Assembly (NCBI GenBank): GCA_019721075.1
Contig: JAHEAD010000002.1
Coordinates: 199,266-219,265, forward strand
Direction: 5' to 3'
Length of the DNA: 20,000 bases
DNA from: Candidatus Sysuiplasma jiujiangense
GTDB lineage: Archaea > Thermoplasmatota > Thermoplasmata > Sysuiplasmatales > Sysuiplasmataceae
Part shown: piece by piece, positions 9,945-18,544 of the stretch
Layout of the letters: each line of letters opens with the position of its first letter
Numbering within the stretch: position 1 is the stretch's first letter
Translations under genes and position numbers: made by a program
The notes under the pieces: model-generated
Told to the model about the DNA's origin: nothing
Seen by the model: only the letters and a program-made list of their open reading frames with translations
Databases searched by the model: none

Positions 9945-9961
9945 GGCAGACAGGGTCTGCC
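9945..9961 (-). terminator. Hairpin just downstream of the purP-like gene
   Basis: GGCAGAC-3 nt-GTCTGCC, a perfect 7-bp stem 6 nt after the stop. No strong U-tract. Confidence 0.35.
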
Positions 9962-9967
9962 ATAAGA

Positions 9968-11125
9968 TCAGGTCACTACATCCGCTATCCTGTCTTCGGC
10001 TGCGGCCCTCTTTATCTCCATGGCAATTCGCCTCCCTGTGCTCATGTTTGTCCCATAGAGCATGTTCCCGTATGGATGCCCGGACCAGATGTGAGCGTTT
10101 GTACCTCCTCCAATTCTCGGTGCGACATCGTAAATGTAGAAGTTCATGTCCTTGTCAACGCAGGTCTGGAGGGTGAACGGCCCTATTATACCGGGCGGAT
10201 AGTGCTTCTGTGTTGCACCGACATACCTCTCGGCCAGTTCGAACGCACTGTCAAGAAGAGACTCCCTGATCGTTGCGCTGTTGTGGCCCACAACCGTGTA
10301 TTCCGGTATTTTCTGCGATTCCGGAAGCGCGAGCTGCTGGTCTGCAGGCAGCCTCACATGGCCGTCGAGCGAGGACTCAAATCTCCAGTCAATTCCAAGC
10401 AGTTCGATCTTCTCCCCTCTTTCCTCCAGGGGCGAGTAGAAGAAGTCTAGATTGAACACCGGCCCTATGATGTAGCGCTCTATTCGTGCCCTCCTTAGGG
10501 ACTCTGCATCTATCACATGTGCCCGGAGCATCGCCTCTGATTTGCGCCTGTACTCCTCAAAACTTGATGCCGTAAAAAAACCGCGTTCCAGCTTTTTTTC
10601 GGCGTGATGAAGCTTGATCATCGAAAGGGAGTCGATGTTCTCCGGCTTCTCTATCGTTTCTGGATAGGGCAGATGAGCCTTCTCAAGGAGCGTGTAATAG
10701 TTGTCCTTTTCCTCCCGCTCTTCAGTCCTCAGAAGATTCCTGGAGCCGAACAGAGGCACTGCAAACCTGTTCTCAATGTCATCGACGGCGCAGTAAGAAC
10801 TGAAGGATCTGTTTGGCACAAATATTACTGAATTTTTCAGCAGCTCGTCAATGCTGCGCTTGCTCATTATGTCGCTGAACCTGGAGAGCACGAGCGTCCT
10901 GTCGACGACACCTCTCGTAACCTTTCCTTCGCCATCCCTGACTGTCCTCAGGTATTTTGAATAAGTCGCATCTCTGCCTTTCTGGACGACCACGATGGAG
11001 CGCATCCCTTCCTGCATTGCGCCGTCGGCAACATCGATTGCCGAATGGGAGCCTATAACACCCACAGTCAGGTTTTCGGCCCTGAAGGTGCGGGCTGTCT
11101 CCTGGATATTCATTCTGTCAATCAT
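9968..11125 (-). CDS. purP: PurP-family ATP-grasp protein (FAICAR synthetase or synthetase-like)
   Basis: IGSHSAIDV, FVPNRSF, LFGSRNLLR, LERGFF, TIRESLL, PGIIGPFTLQ, DVAPRIGGGTN motifs. Confidence 0.88.
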   Translation of the reverse strand: MIDRMNIQETARTFRAENLTVGVIGSHSAIDVADGAMQEGMRSIVVVQKGRDATYSKYLRTVRDGEGKVTRGVVDRTLVLSRFSDIMSKRSIDELLKNSVIFVPNRSFSSYCAVDDIENRFAVPLFGSRNLLRTEEREEKDNYYTLLEKAHLPYPETIEKPENIDSLSMIKLHHAEKKLERGFFTASSFEEYRRKSEAMLRAHVIDAESLRRARIERYIIGPVFNLDFFYSPLEERGEKIELLGIDWRFESSLDGHVRLPADQQLALPESQKIPEYTVVGHNSATIRESLLDSAFELAERYVGATQKHYPPGIIGPFTLQTCVDKDMNFYIYDVAPRIGGGTNAHIWSGHPYGNMLYGTNMSTGRRIAMEIKRAAAEDRIADVVT

Positions 11126-11176
11126 GCTGTTCTTTCACTCATAACGGCTGGCCGGATAAAAAAGTTGCACTGCCAA

Positions 11177-12835
11177 TCAGGTTTCGCTTGTTTCGCTCTT
11201 GACCCTGTATACGACCTGTTTCTGCCGGGCTGCCTCCGGCCGCCTGGGCCTCAGCGCAGAAGGGATTATAGCAATAATCACAGCGACACTGAAGATCGCG
11301 AACACCTGGTGGAACGAGCGCATGAACGGATGCCAGAGCACCTGGTAGGAGGGACTGTTCACAACCGAAGGGGGCAGATTATTCACACTGCCAATGAAGA
11401 GAGTGATGAAATTTGATACGTTTACTGTCGTGCCTATGAAGACAAACGCAATTGTCAGAGCTATCATGCTGGCTACATTGAGCATTGTGGAGTTTGTAGC
11501 TGCGCCGACACCCCTTTCGTTCGGTTTCATGGAGCTCATGATTGACGAAATATTTGGTGAGCCGAACAGGCCGCCTCCCACGCCTGCCAGCGCAAGCACG
11601 CCGGAGACCTCCAGCGGCTGGGCATTTTGTGGCAGAATACTCAATATAAGAAGCGTGATGGCCGAAAGAACAACACCGGCTGTTGTCAGTCCGCGAGAAC
11701 CAATCCGGTCTGAGAGTATGCCGCTCAGGGGGCCGACCAGCAGGAAACCCAGACTCATAGGAATGAGCTGCAGCCCGGCATTAAAAGCGCTCAGCCCCTT
11801 GACGCCCTCAAAGTAAAAGACAAGCAGGAACATTATGCCGCCTCTTCCGATGGCTATGAGTGTCGACGAGAGAACACCGGCTGAAAAACTCCTGCTTCTG
11901 AAGAGCGAGAATTTCATGAGTGGATGCTTTGCAAACCGGACTTCATTCACTATAAAGAGTATCATCAGTACAGGAAAGATCGCAAAAGCAATGTAACTCA
12001 TTGCCAGATACGGGTGGAAGGTGGCATAGAGCAGGTTCACCTTTGATGCTGAGCCTGCGGTCATTCCACCCAGCGTGTAGAATGTTGAGCCGAGCAGCAG
12101 CGCGGATATCGAACCTGAGAACAGAACCGCTCCAGGCAGATCCAGCGTCTCCCTGCTGTTTGGAGTCGACAGTTCATGCAGCCTGAGATAAGCCCAGACG
12201 GTGGCAAAAATGCCTATGGGGACATTGATGAAAAATATGTAGCGCCAGCTTGCAACCGATGTGATTACGCCGCCCAGGACCAGTCCCAGGATGCTGCCTC
12301 CCACGCCGGAAACCATGTTTGTGCCCAGAGCGAGACCGCGCTGATTCGGGGGGAAAGCATCTGTGAGAATCGCTGCTGAGTTGGACCAGAGCATTGCAGC
12401 GCCTATCGCCTGCACAAACCTGAAAATAACGAGCTGCAGTCCTTCGGTAATCATTGCATTGGGAATAATAATGCCGGAAAGGCCTGACAGCAGAGAGCCT
12501 GCAGTGAATACAGCGAACCCTGCATTGTATATCCTGACCCTGCCCTTCAGATCAGCCAGCCTTCCGAAGAATATCAGAAGTGTTGCAGTAATGAGCATAT
12601 AGCCCATAAGTGACCATATCACGTAAACAAAGGAGTCGGCGCTGGCTATTGCATATCCGACACTGGTTGCCGGAAGTGTTCCTCCTGGTATGTGCCTGAG
12701 CACGCTCCTGAGTATGTAAGGCAGGGAAATAATCACAATGCTCGTGTCAATTGAAGCCATCAGAATCGCGATTGTTGTGTTGGAAAGGACTACCCACTTG
12801 TAGTCCAGTTTTCCTCTGCCCTTCGTGTTTTCCAT
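11177..12835 (-). CDS. MFS transporter, DHA2 (EmrB/QacA-like, ~14 TM)
   Basis: ILMASIDTSIVIISLP, GRLADLKGR (motif A), FRFVQAIG, WRYIFFINVPIG, GILSDRIGSR. Confidence 0.93.
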   Translation of the reverse strand: MENTKGRGKLDYKWVVLSNTTIAILMASIDTSIVIISLPYILRSVLRHIPGGTLPATSVGYAIASADSFVYVIWSLMGYMLITATLLIFFGRLADLKGRVRIYNAGFAVFTAGSLLSGLSGIIIPNAMITEGLQLVIFRFVQAIGAAMLWSNSAAILTDAFPPNQRGLALGTNMVSGVGGSILGLVLGGVITSVASWRYIFFINVPIGIFATVWAYLRLHELSTPNSRETLDLPGAVLFSGSISALLLGSTFYTLGGMTAGSASKVNLLYATFHPYLAMSYIAFAIFPVLMILFIVNEVRFAKHPLMKFSLFRSRSFSAGVLSSTLIAIGRGGIMFLLVFYFEGVKGLSAFNAGLQLIPMSLGFLLVGPLSGILSDRIGSRGLTTAGVVLSAITLLILSILPQNAQPLEVSGVLALAGVGGGLFGSPNISSIMSSMKPNERGVGAATNSTMLNVASMIALTIAFVFIGTTVNVSNFITLFIGSVNNLPPSVVNSPSYQVLWHPFMRSFHQVFAIFSVAVIIAIIPSALRPRRPEAARQKQVVYRVKSETSET

Positions 12836-13002
12836 TTCCTATTGCTCCGAAACAAATATCTTCCAGAATAAATTGATATATGAACCCTTGTAAATTTTTT
12901 CAGCTACAGGAAAATTACATCTGTGGCCGGAGATAAAAAATGATGTTTTCCCGTTTCCTGACCAGATTCCGCTTCAGTGATCATTATCCGTACCGGAAAT
13001 AC

Positions 13003-13044
13003 GATTCATAGAACTGCGATCTATGAAGCTGCGATCTATGAATC
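13003..13044. repeat. Combined tandem and inverted repeat in the divergent intergenic region
   Basis: CTGCGATCTATGAA at 13014-13027 and 13029-13042. GATTCATAG (13003-13011) is the reverse complement of CTATGAATC (13036-13044). Confidence 0.8.
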
Positions 13045-13165
13045 TCTTTGAACGCTTTAGACGCGATCCGAGAAACCGCGAAAACGGCAAACATGGAAAA
13101 AGGCTGTAAGGAAATATGGCATGTACTGCGTAAGTTTAATAAGAGTGCAGAAGGTTCCGAATTTC

Positions 13166-13555
13166 ATGTCATCTTCGCCGGCTCAGGACACGATTCCGCA
13201 GACAAACATTGCACAGCAGAATCCTGGGCAGTCGCCCCTTGACCATGACGCCGATAGTGCAAAAACACTTATCATAATTGCAATGGTCGTGCAGCTGGTT
13301 ATCGCACTGGTCGGCATACTGAGCGTGTTTCTGCTAGTCGGATTTATCTGGCTCATACTCGACTATTTCCTGTTATACAAGCCGCTGACCGAAAGGCGTG
13401 TCGCGGATGTGGAAACACCTGGCCTCGTGCTTGGAATAATACAGCTCATCCTCGGCGGCGTCATACCCGGCATTCTCATAATCATTGCCTATACCAAGAT
13501 AAAGGATTCACTAAGGAACAGTACTCAGATCGTTGCCGGGCCGCCGGCACCGTAG
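13166..13555 (+). CDS. Small membrane protein of unknown function (~129 aa)
   Basis: Pro/Gln-rich N-terminus followed by 3-4 hydrophobic segments. Start placed at MSSSPAQ, downstream of an AT-rich TTTAATAA box. Confidence 0.75.
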   Translation: MSSSPAQDTIPQTNIAQQNPGQSPLDHDADSAKTLIIIAMVVQLVIALVGILSVFLLVGFIWLILDYFLLYKPLTERRVADVETPGLVLGIIQLILGGVIPGILIIIAYTKIKDSLRNSTQIVAGPPAP

Positions 13556-13726
13556 TGCATACAGCTTCGAATGCCGCATGTGCAGGCGGCGAACAGTTAT
13601 GCAGACTTTTCCTGGTGGAAATTATTTAATCCGGCGAACGGCTGTCCGGAATGGCAGTTTCATCTCCGTTCGATATTTCCTGTTCAGGCAGCGACGTTTC
13701 GTTCATTCCCGCCCTGCTGCAAATAT

Positions 13727-14257
13727 TCAGTCCGAAGGTTTCCTGAGATGACCGTTTAAAACCCGGGATAACCCGGGTCGAGAAAACAGAATCACGATCA
13801 CACCGCCAAGTGTCTGGATTACGGTACTGACAATGTAGGTTTCGATGGAAACCGAATACCCCAGCCCTATGCCCAGCGTCTTTGAGATAATGAAGATGCG
13901 GTACCATACCGCATACCTGAAAACAGCATAGTAGGCTGTCCACAATATCGACCAGACTCCCATTGAAAGGGATGCAATTCCGAGTGTTCTGAGCGCCCAT
14001 AGTTTCGCATTCACCAGATACGCAATACAGGCTGAAAACAGCGCAATTGACGCATATACTGCGGAATAGAATGCAAGGTTATGAAGACTGGCTGGAAAAA
14101 ATATATCTGCCACACCAGCGGCGACGCCGGCGAATATTCCCGCTGCAAAGGACGATACAGTGCACGACCCGTAATGACCGGAAATGAGAGTTTCCTTTTT
14201 GCGGCCGCGGTCACACATTTTCAGCGGATGATCGGCAGAACCCATTACATTGCTCAC
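13727..14257 (-). CDS. Hypothetical membrane protein (~4 TM)
   Basis: 176-aa ORF with four hydrophobic stretches. GGAGGGG lies just upstream of the GTG start. No family recognised. Confidence 0.6.
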   Translation of the reverse strand: MSNVMGSADHPLKMCDRGRKKETLISGHYGSCTVSSFAAGIFAGVAAGVADIFFPASLHNLAFYSAVYASIALFSACIAYLVNAKLWALRTLGIASLSMGVWSILWTAYYAVFRYAVWYRIFIISKTLGIGLGYSVSIETYIVSTVIQTLGGVIVILFSRPGLSRVLNGHLRKPSD

Positions 14258-14554
14258 ACAGTGCCCCTCCAGTTTCAGGAATTACTGTCTGGGAAAAATT
14301 AGAGTACTGCACTTATTAAATGGATATGAATGTATGATCCATATTTGCAGTGCCGTCATGAGGTCAATTGATCCCACATTTCCGCGTGCATGAAGTCATT
14401 CAATCGGTTCCGATCAGCATCCGGCCGCGCAAAGGAAGACTGTACAACAGATGACACCGGCTGTCAAGCCTCTGCTTCGAATAAGACGGTGCCTTCTCAG
14501 CACATGGCCTCCCGCAACCGGTTCGCAGTTCAAGGAGATGCAATAGCTGAAAGA

Positions 14555-14627
14555 TAGCCCCGGGCAGATTCGAACTGCCGTCGCAAGATCCAGAGTCTCG
14601 CATGATTGACCGCTACACTACGGGGCT
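14555..14627 (-). tRNA. tRNA-Gln (CTG)
   Basis: AGCCCCG/CGGGGCT acceptor stem with the A1-U72 pair typical of archaeal tRNA-Gln. Anticodon arm CGAGA-CTCTGGA-TCTTG, T-loop GTTCGAATC. 73 nt, no intron, CCA not encoded. Confidence 0.97.
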
Positions 14628-14712
14628 GAGACGCAACGCCATGACTACCGGGATAATGGATAAATCTAACTGTTGTTTATAGAACGGAATGCAAGTCGTC
14701 TTCGAGCTACTT

Positions 14713-14790
14713 CTAGTGAACTGTGACACAGGCTCACTTGCCCTTGTACTTCTTGGTGACATGCACTTTCGCCGAATTGCCGAACCTTAT
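14713..14790 (-). pseudogene. DUF2080-like transposon-encoded small protein relic
   Basis: Hand translation IRFGNSAKVHVTKKYKGK*ACVTVH* matches the recalled FGNSAKVDVPKKYIGKRAYVII pattern. It has an internal stop and lacks the N-terminus. Confidence 0.75.
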
Positions 14791-14806
14791 TAGGTGCCAC
14801 TTCTAG

Positions 14807-15254
14807 AAGGATCGTGGGTTCTTAGCTTATGTGTTAGCCATACTGCACCTTGAAACGCACCTCTATGTTGCTTGCGGCGTAAGCATGAAGTCTGAGAAGA
14901 AGGCAAAACCTGATACAATCAGGGTGCTCCTCATAACAGTGACGGATGTCGAAAGCGTTCGTCTCAACAGCATTACGGTTCACAGTCCACCCTCGACGGT
15001 TTCTCAGAAGAGACGAAGAAGTTCATAATGCCATGGAGCAACAATGATGTGAGGCCAACGTTATGGAAGAAATTCATATGCAGCCTCATCGAGGTGTCAC
15101 CGGACTTCCCACGTGAGTATTGCAGAAGGTAAACCAGGAGTCACAGATGTCTGCGGGCAAGAGAACAGCGGGATGGCGCACACAGCAGAGAAGGGAAGAC
15201 AGGATAAGGACTGCAGCAATTGGCAAGGGAGACCGGCTCAATATCTTCAATATG
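14807..15254 (+). pseudogene. Decayed ISNCY (ISA1214-type) transposase, C-terminal half, about two frameshifts
   Basis: Joined frames FLAYVLAILHLETHLYVACGVSMKSEKKA..VESVRLN / HYGSQSTLDGF..FIMP..WKK..REYCRR / NQESQMSAGKRTAGWRTQQRREDRI..LNIFNM are colinear with the transposase remnant at 18020-18544. Confidence 0.85.
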
Positions 15255-15331
15255 ACACTGATAGGGGGCTTATGCCTTATTCGCTTCTGGAACAGATATT
15301 ATTTAAAGGAGAAATTAAAACAGTCTCCTCC

Positions 15332-17668
15332 ATGGCTGATGATTACAAAGCGCGGTTAACTCTTTTACCGTGGTCAGAGAACATTGTTAAACTGGAATTC
15401 GGCAGACCTTCTACAATGATCGAAGAACTGCTCTTCCCAAAGCGGGTGGCAAACGTAAACAGACAAGGTAACTGGCGCCTTTCAGAAACGGAACAGGGGA
15501 CCATCCTGTCTTTCCAAAGCAGGAAAATTGTCAAGTTCAATGTGACAGGGAACGGCGATTCTCTGATATTTGCCCAGACAATAGGTGATGAAGACAGAGT
15601 TTACGGACTTGGCGAAAAATATGCGAGGTTGAATCGCAGGTTCAAAACATTCAACATGTGGAATACCGATCAGTTCAACCATCTTCCGACAGGGGATCCC
15701 GCATATGTTTCGATTCCATTCTACATCGTCGCATCAAAGGGAAGTTACACTGGCATATTTTTCTCATATGCAGGTTTTTCGAAGTTCGATACCGGTGTAG
15801 AGAGAAAGGATGCCATAACGGTGACAATTAATTCGAAGGAGGCGGCGCTGTATGTTATTCATGGTGAAACTCCAGCAGAGATCATCAGCAGGTACTCTGA
15901 AATTACAGGGAAACCGCTCCTGCCTCCAAAATGGGCCGTCGGATATAATCAGTGCCGTTATAGCTACAAAACGGAGAGTGAAGTACTTGACATGGCAGCG
16001 ACATTCAGGCATAAGAAAATACCTTGCGATGCCATCTGGCTTGACATAGATTATATGGAAGATTACATGAACTTCACCTGGGACAAAAGGAAGTTTCCCA
16101 ATCCTAGGGCAATGCTCGACAAGATTCATTCGATCGGTTTCAAACTTGTCACCATACTGGATGTCGGAATAAAGGTCGAAAAGGGATATTCGGGATATGA
16201 AACGCTGAAAAAGGCTGATGGTTTTCTGAAAAATGGAGAGGACAGGGACTTCCTGGGAAGTGTCTGGCCGGGAATATGCGCCTTTCCTGATTTTCTGCGG
16301 ACTGATGTCAGGGAACTGTGGGGCAATTGTATTGGCGAGTGGGTAAAACAAGGTATCGATGGTGTATGGTTGGATATGAACGAGCCATCGATTTTTGTTA
16401 TGATCGATGCCGCCAGGGAATTGATTGAATTTATTACCCGCAGTGAGTCACTCGCAGGATACGATAGTTTACTGGCCGACAGCAACTTCATAATGACGCT
16501 CAGAGACAAGGCAGCGTCCCTCAGCCCAAACAGCATCTTCAAGGGAATTGGCCATATGCCACTTGGGTCATTCCATACTGGAGACAATGGTGAAAAGCAC
16601 TCAGACCTTGAGTTGCACAATGCCTATTCTACAATGGAAGTAATGGCCACAGCTGCAAGTTTCAAAGTAAATAATCCCGGAAAACGCTGGTTCATACTTT
16701 CCCGTTCTGGTTATGCTGGAATTCAGCAGTATGCAGCTGTATGGACCGGGGACAATCAATCTGACTGGGGACATCTCGCTATCAGTATACCGCAGCTGTT
16801 AAGCCTTGGGCTATCGGGAGTACCTTTCGTTGGTGCGGATGTCGGCGGATTCTCAGATGATGCCGATCCTGAGCTTCTGGCCAGATGGACACAGCTTGGA
16901 GCATTTTATCCTTTTTTCAGGAACCACACAGTCAAGGGATCCGCGAGACAGGAACCTTGGTCATTCGGCAAGAAATATGAAAAGATCATTTCTGACGCAA
17001 TTAAATTACGCTACAAGATTTTGCCCCAGATTTACTGGCTGCTGGTCAAGTCGCACAGGGAAGGAATACCGGTAATGAGGCCCATGTTCTATGAGTTTCC
17101 CGGCGATAGTGAAGCTTATGATATTGACGATCAGTTCATGCTGGGTTCTGAGATTCTTGTTGCTCCCGTAATTTCACCCGGCGCAAGGGCTAGGGGTGTC
17201 TACCTTCCACTTTGCAAATGGCTCAATATGTGGACTGGCGAGGTTGCAGGACCAGGCTGGCATTTTGTTGATGCGCCGCTGAATAGGATACCATATTTCC
17301 TGAAAGAGGACACAGGAATAGTTATGGCCGGGCCGGTTGACAATACCCAGAAAGAATGGAAACTCAGGGTTGAGGTATTTCTGGAGACTCAAGCCTGTAT
17401 CAGAGTTTACGACGATGATGGGGAGAGCCTGGCAGAAAGCCTTTCTTATGAAGTGAAGCTTTGCTTCGTCAGAAGGAAAGACAACATAGATGTTGATGGA
17501 GAGGTGATATGCGACGGTTTCAGCAGAAATGGAAAGATTGAAGTCAGAGTCCACTCCATGAAACCTGTCAACTCCGTCCGTTTTCTCGGCAACACAGTAA
17601 ATACAACCAGAACTGGCGATGCTGTTTCTTTCAGAATAAACATCGGCGATTTGCTTGATCGTTCCTGA
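15332..17668 (+). CDS. GH31 alpha-glucosidase (MalA/AglA-like), ~778 aa
   Basis: YGLGEK, PPKWAVGYNQCRYSY, WLDIDYM, WLDMNEP (nucleophile), WTGDN (acid/base), GADVGGF, FYPFFRNH. Start at 15332 is preferred and 15272 is the alternative. The ORF-track extension to 15113 runs through the transposase relic. Confidence 0.93.
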   Translation: MADDYKARLTLLPWSENIVKLEFGRPSTMIEELLFPKRVANVNRQGNWRLSETEQGTILSFQSRKIVKFNVTGNGDSLIFAQTIGDEDRVYGLGEKYARLNRRFKTFNMWNTDQFNHLPTGDPAYVSIPFYIVASKGSYTGIFFSYAGFSKFDTGVERKDAITVTINSKEAALYVIHGETPAEIISRYSEITGKPLLPPKWAVGYNQCRYSYKTESEVLDMAATFRHKKIPCDAIWLDIDYMEDYMNFTWDKRKFPNPRAMLDKIHSIGFKLVTILDVGIKVEKGYSGYETLKKADGFLKNGEDRDFLGSVWPGICAFPDFLRTDVRELWGNCIGEWVKQGIDGVWLDMNEPSIFVMIDAARELIEFITRSESLAGYDSLLADSNFIMTLRDKAASLSPNSIFKGIGHMPLGSFHTGDNGEKHSDLELHNAYSTMEVMATAASFKVNNPGKRWFILSRSGYAGIQQYAAVWTGDNQSDWGHLAISIPQLLSLGLSGVPFVGADVGGFSDDADPELLARWTQLGAFYPFFRNHTVKGSARQEPWSFGKKYEKIISDAIKLRYKILPQIYWLLVKSHREGIPVMRPMFYEFPGDSEAYDIDDQFMLGSEILVAPVISPGARARGVYLPLCKWLNMWTGEVAGPGWHFVDAPLNRIPYFLKEDTGIVMAGPVDNTQKEWKLRVEVFLETQACIRVYDDDGESLAESLSYEVKLCFVRRKDNIDVDGEVICDGFSRNGKIEVRVHSMKPVNSVRFLGNTVNTTRTGDAVSFRINIGDLLDRS

Positions 17669-17776
17669 CTTTTAAAATAGTATTTACTTGCGCTTTGCAC
17701 ATAGTTGAGCAGTCATGAAAATTTGAATATGAAAACGTCGGATGTTGTTACAGAATGGGAATATATTCCCTTATAA

Positions 17777-17908
17777 TGCCTGGCCCACATATTCGGCGAC
17801 GCGAAGGAGCTCATGGAATTTTACTGCGAGGGGAGGAGGCGCGTCCATGACACGCTGCAGCCCATACAGCGCGATGCACTTATGCTCAAACACATGAGAC
17901 AGGAATGA
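17777..17908 (+). pseudogene. IS66-family transposase fragment
   Basis: Hand translation CLAHIFGDAKELMEFYCEGRRRVHDTLQPIQRDA resembles the IS66 TnpC C(W/L)AHxxR motif region. Only 43 codons, with no start. Confidence 0.55.
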
Positions 17909-18019
17909 GTCGCGCCCGATTAGATTCGTACACTTGAGATCTGTAGACTCAGGGAGTGGGTCGAGAAGGAGAGTTGGAGCGAGTGAGCGAAGCGAACGAG
18001 TGTTTGAACTTGGCGGAAT

Positions 18020-18544
18020 GCAAAGGAGAATCCTGAGAAGGATGCAGAGAACGGCGCAGCTACTGCGCCGAAGGAGCACAAGAGGCGCCTCTTTGCATAC
18101 TCCTTTGCACTGATGGATCTGAAAACAAGAATGTACGTTGCATTCGGCTCGAGCATGAAATCGGAGGTGGAGGCGTTCGACAGGGCCATGACCAAGCTTT
18201 CATCCCTGGGCACCGGGATGTCTTCCGTCCGGCTCGACAGGTACTATTCTTCACCGTCATACGTGGACAGATTCGGCAGCGTGAAGGTGTACATCATACC
18301 GAAGAGCAACGCCACACTGAACGGCTCGCTGAAGTGGAAACACACCATGAAGGACTTTGTCGAAAACACTATGGAGTATCTCGGAGAGTATCATCAGAGA
18401 AGCAACTCGGAATCGGGCTTCTCTGCCGACAATAAGATGCTCGGATGGAACATAGCGCAGAAGAGAAGTGACAGGATAGACAATGCGCTGTTCTGTACTG
18501 GCGTGTGGCTTAATATGTTCAATATGGGAAGACCATGGCAATAG
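18020..18544 (+). pseudogene. ISNCY (ISA1214-type) transposase, N-terminally truncated
   Basis: The frame is open upstream of the ORF-track Met: AKENPE..KRRLFAYSFALMDLKTRMYVAFGSSMKSE..VRLDRYYS..YHQRSNSESGFSAD. It retains the second D and the E of the DDE triad, while the N-terminal half is absent. Confidence 0.85.

Noticed and set aside
13003..13044. Repeat as a mini-CRISPR array
   Set aside because: Units are 14 bp separated by 1 bp, with no spacers and no cas genes.
14306..14351. Imperfect inverted repeat (ACTGCA/TGCAGT, ATGGAT/ATCCAT) upstream of the 13727-14257 gene
   Set aside because: Two 6-bp arms with unequal spacing in AT-rich DNA, compatible with chance.
14555..14627. tRNA-Gln as attachment site of an integrated element
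   Set aside because: The IS/GH31 region lies on the 5' side of the tRNA. No integrase and no duplicated tRNA 3' end were seen in the window.
15113..15331. N-terminal extension of GH31 as an extra domain or transposase fusion
   Set aside because: It mostly overlaps the transposase relic in a different frame, and a better promoter and start lie downstream.
17935..17986. Short frame EICRLREWVEKESWSE as another transposase N-terminal fragment
   Set aside because: Too short to assign without a search.
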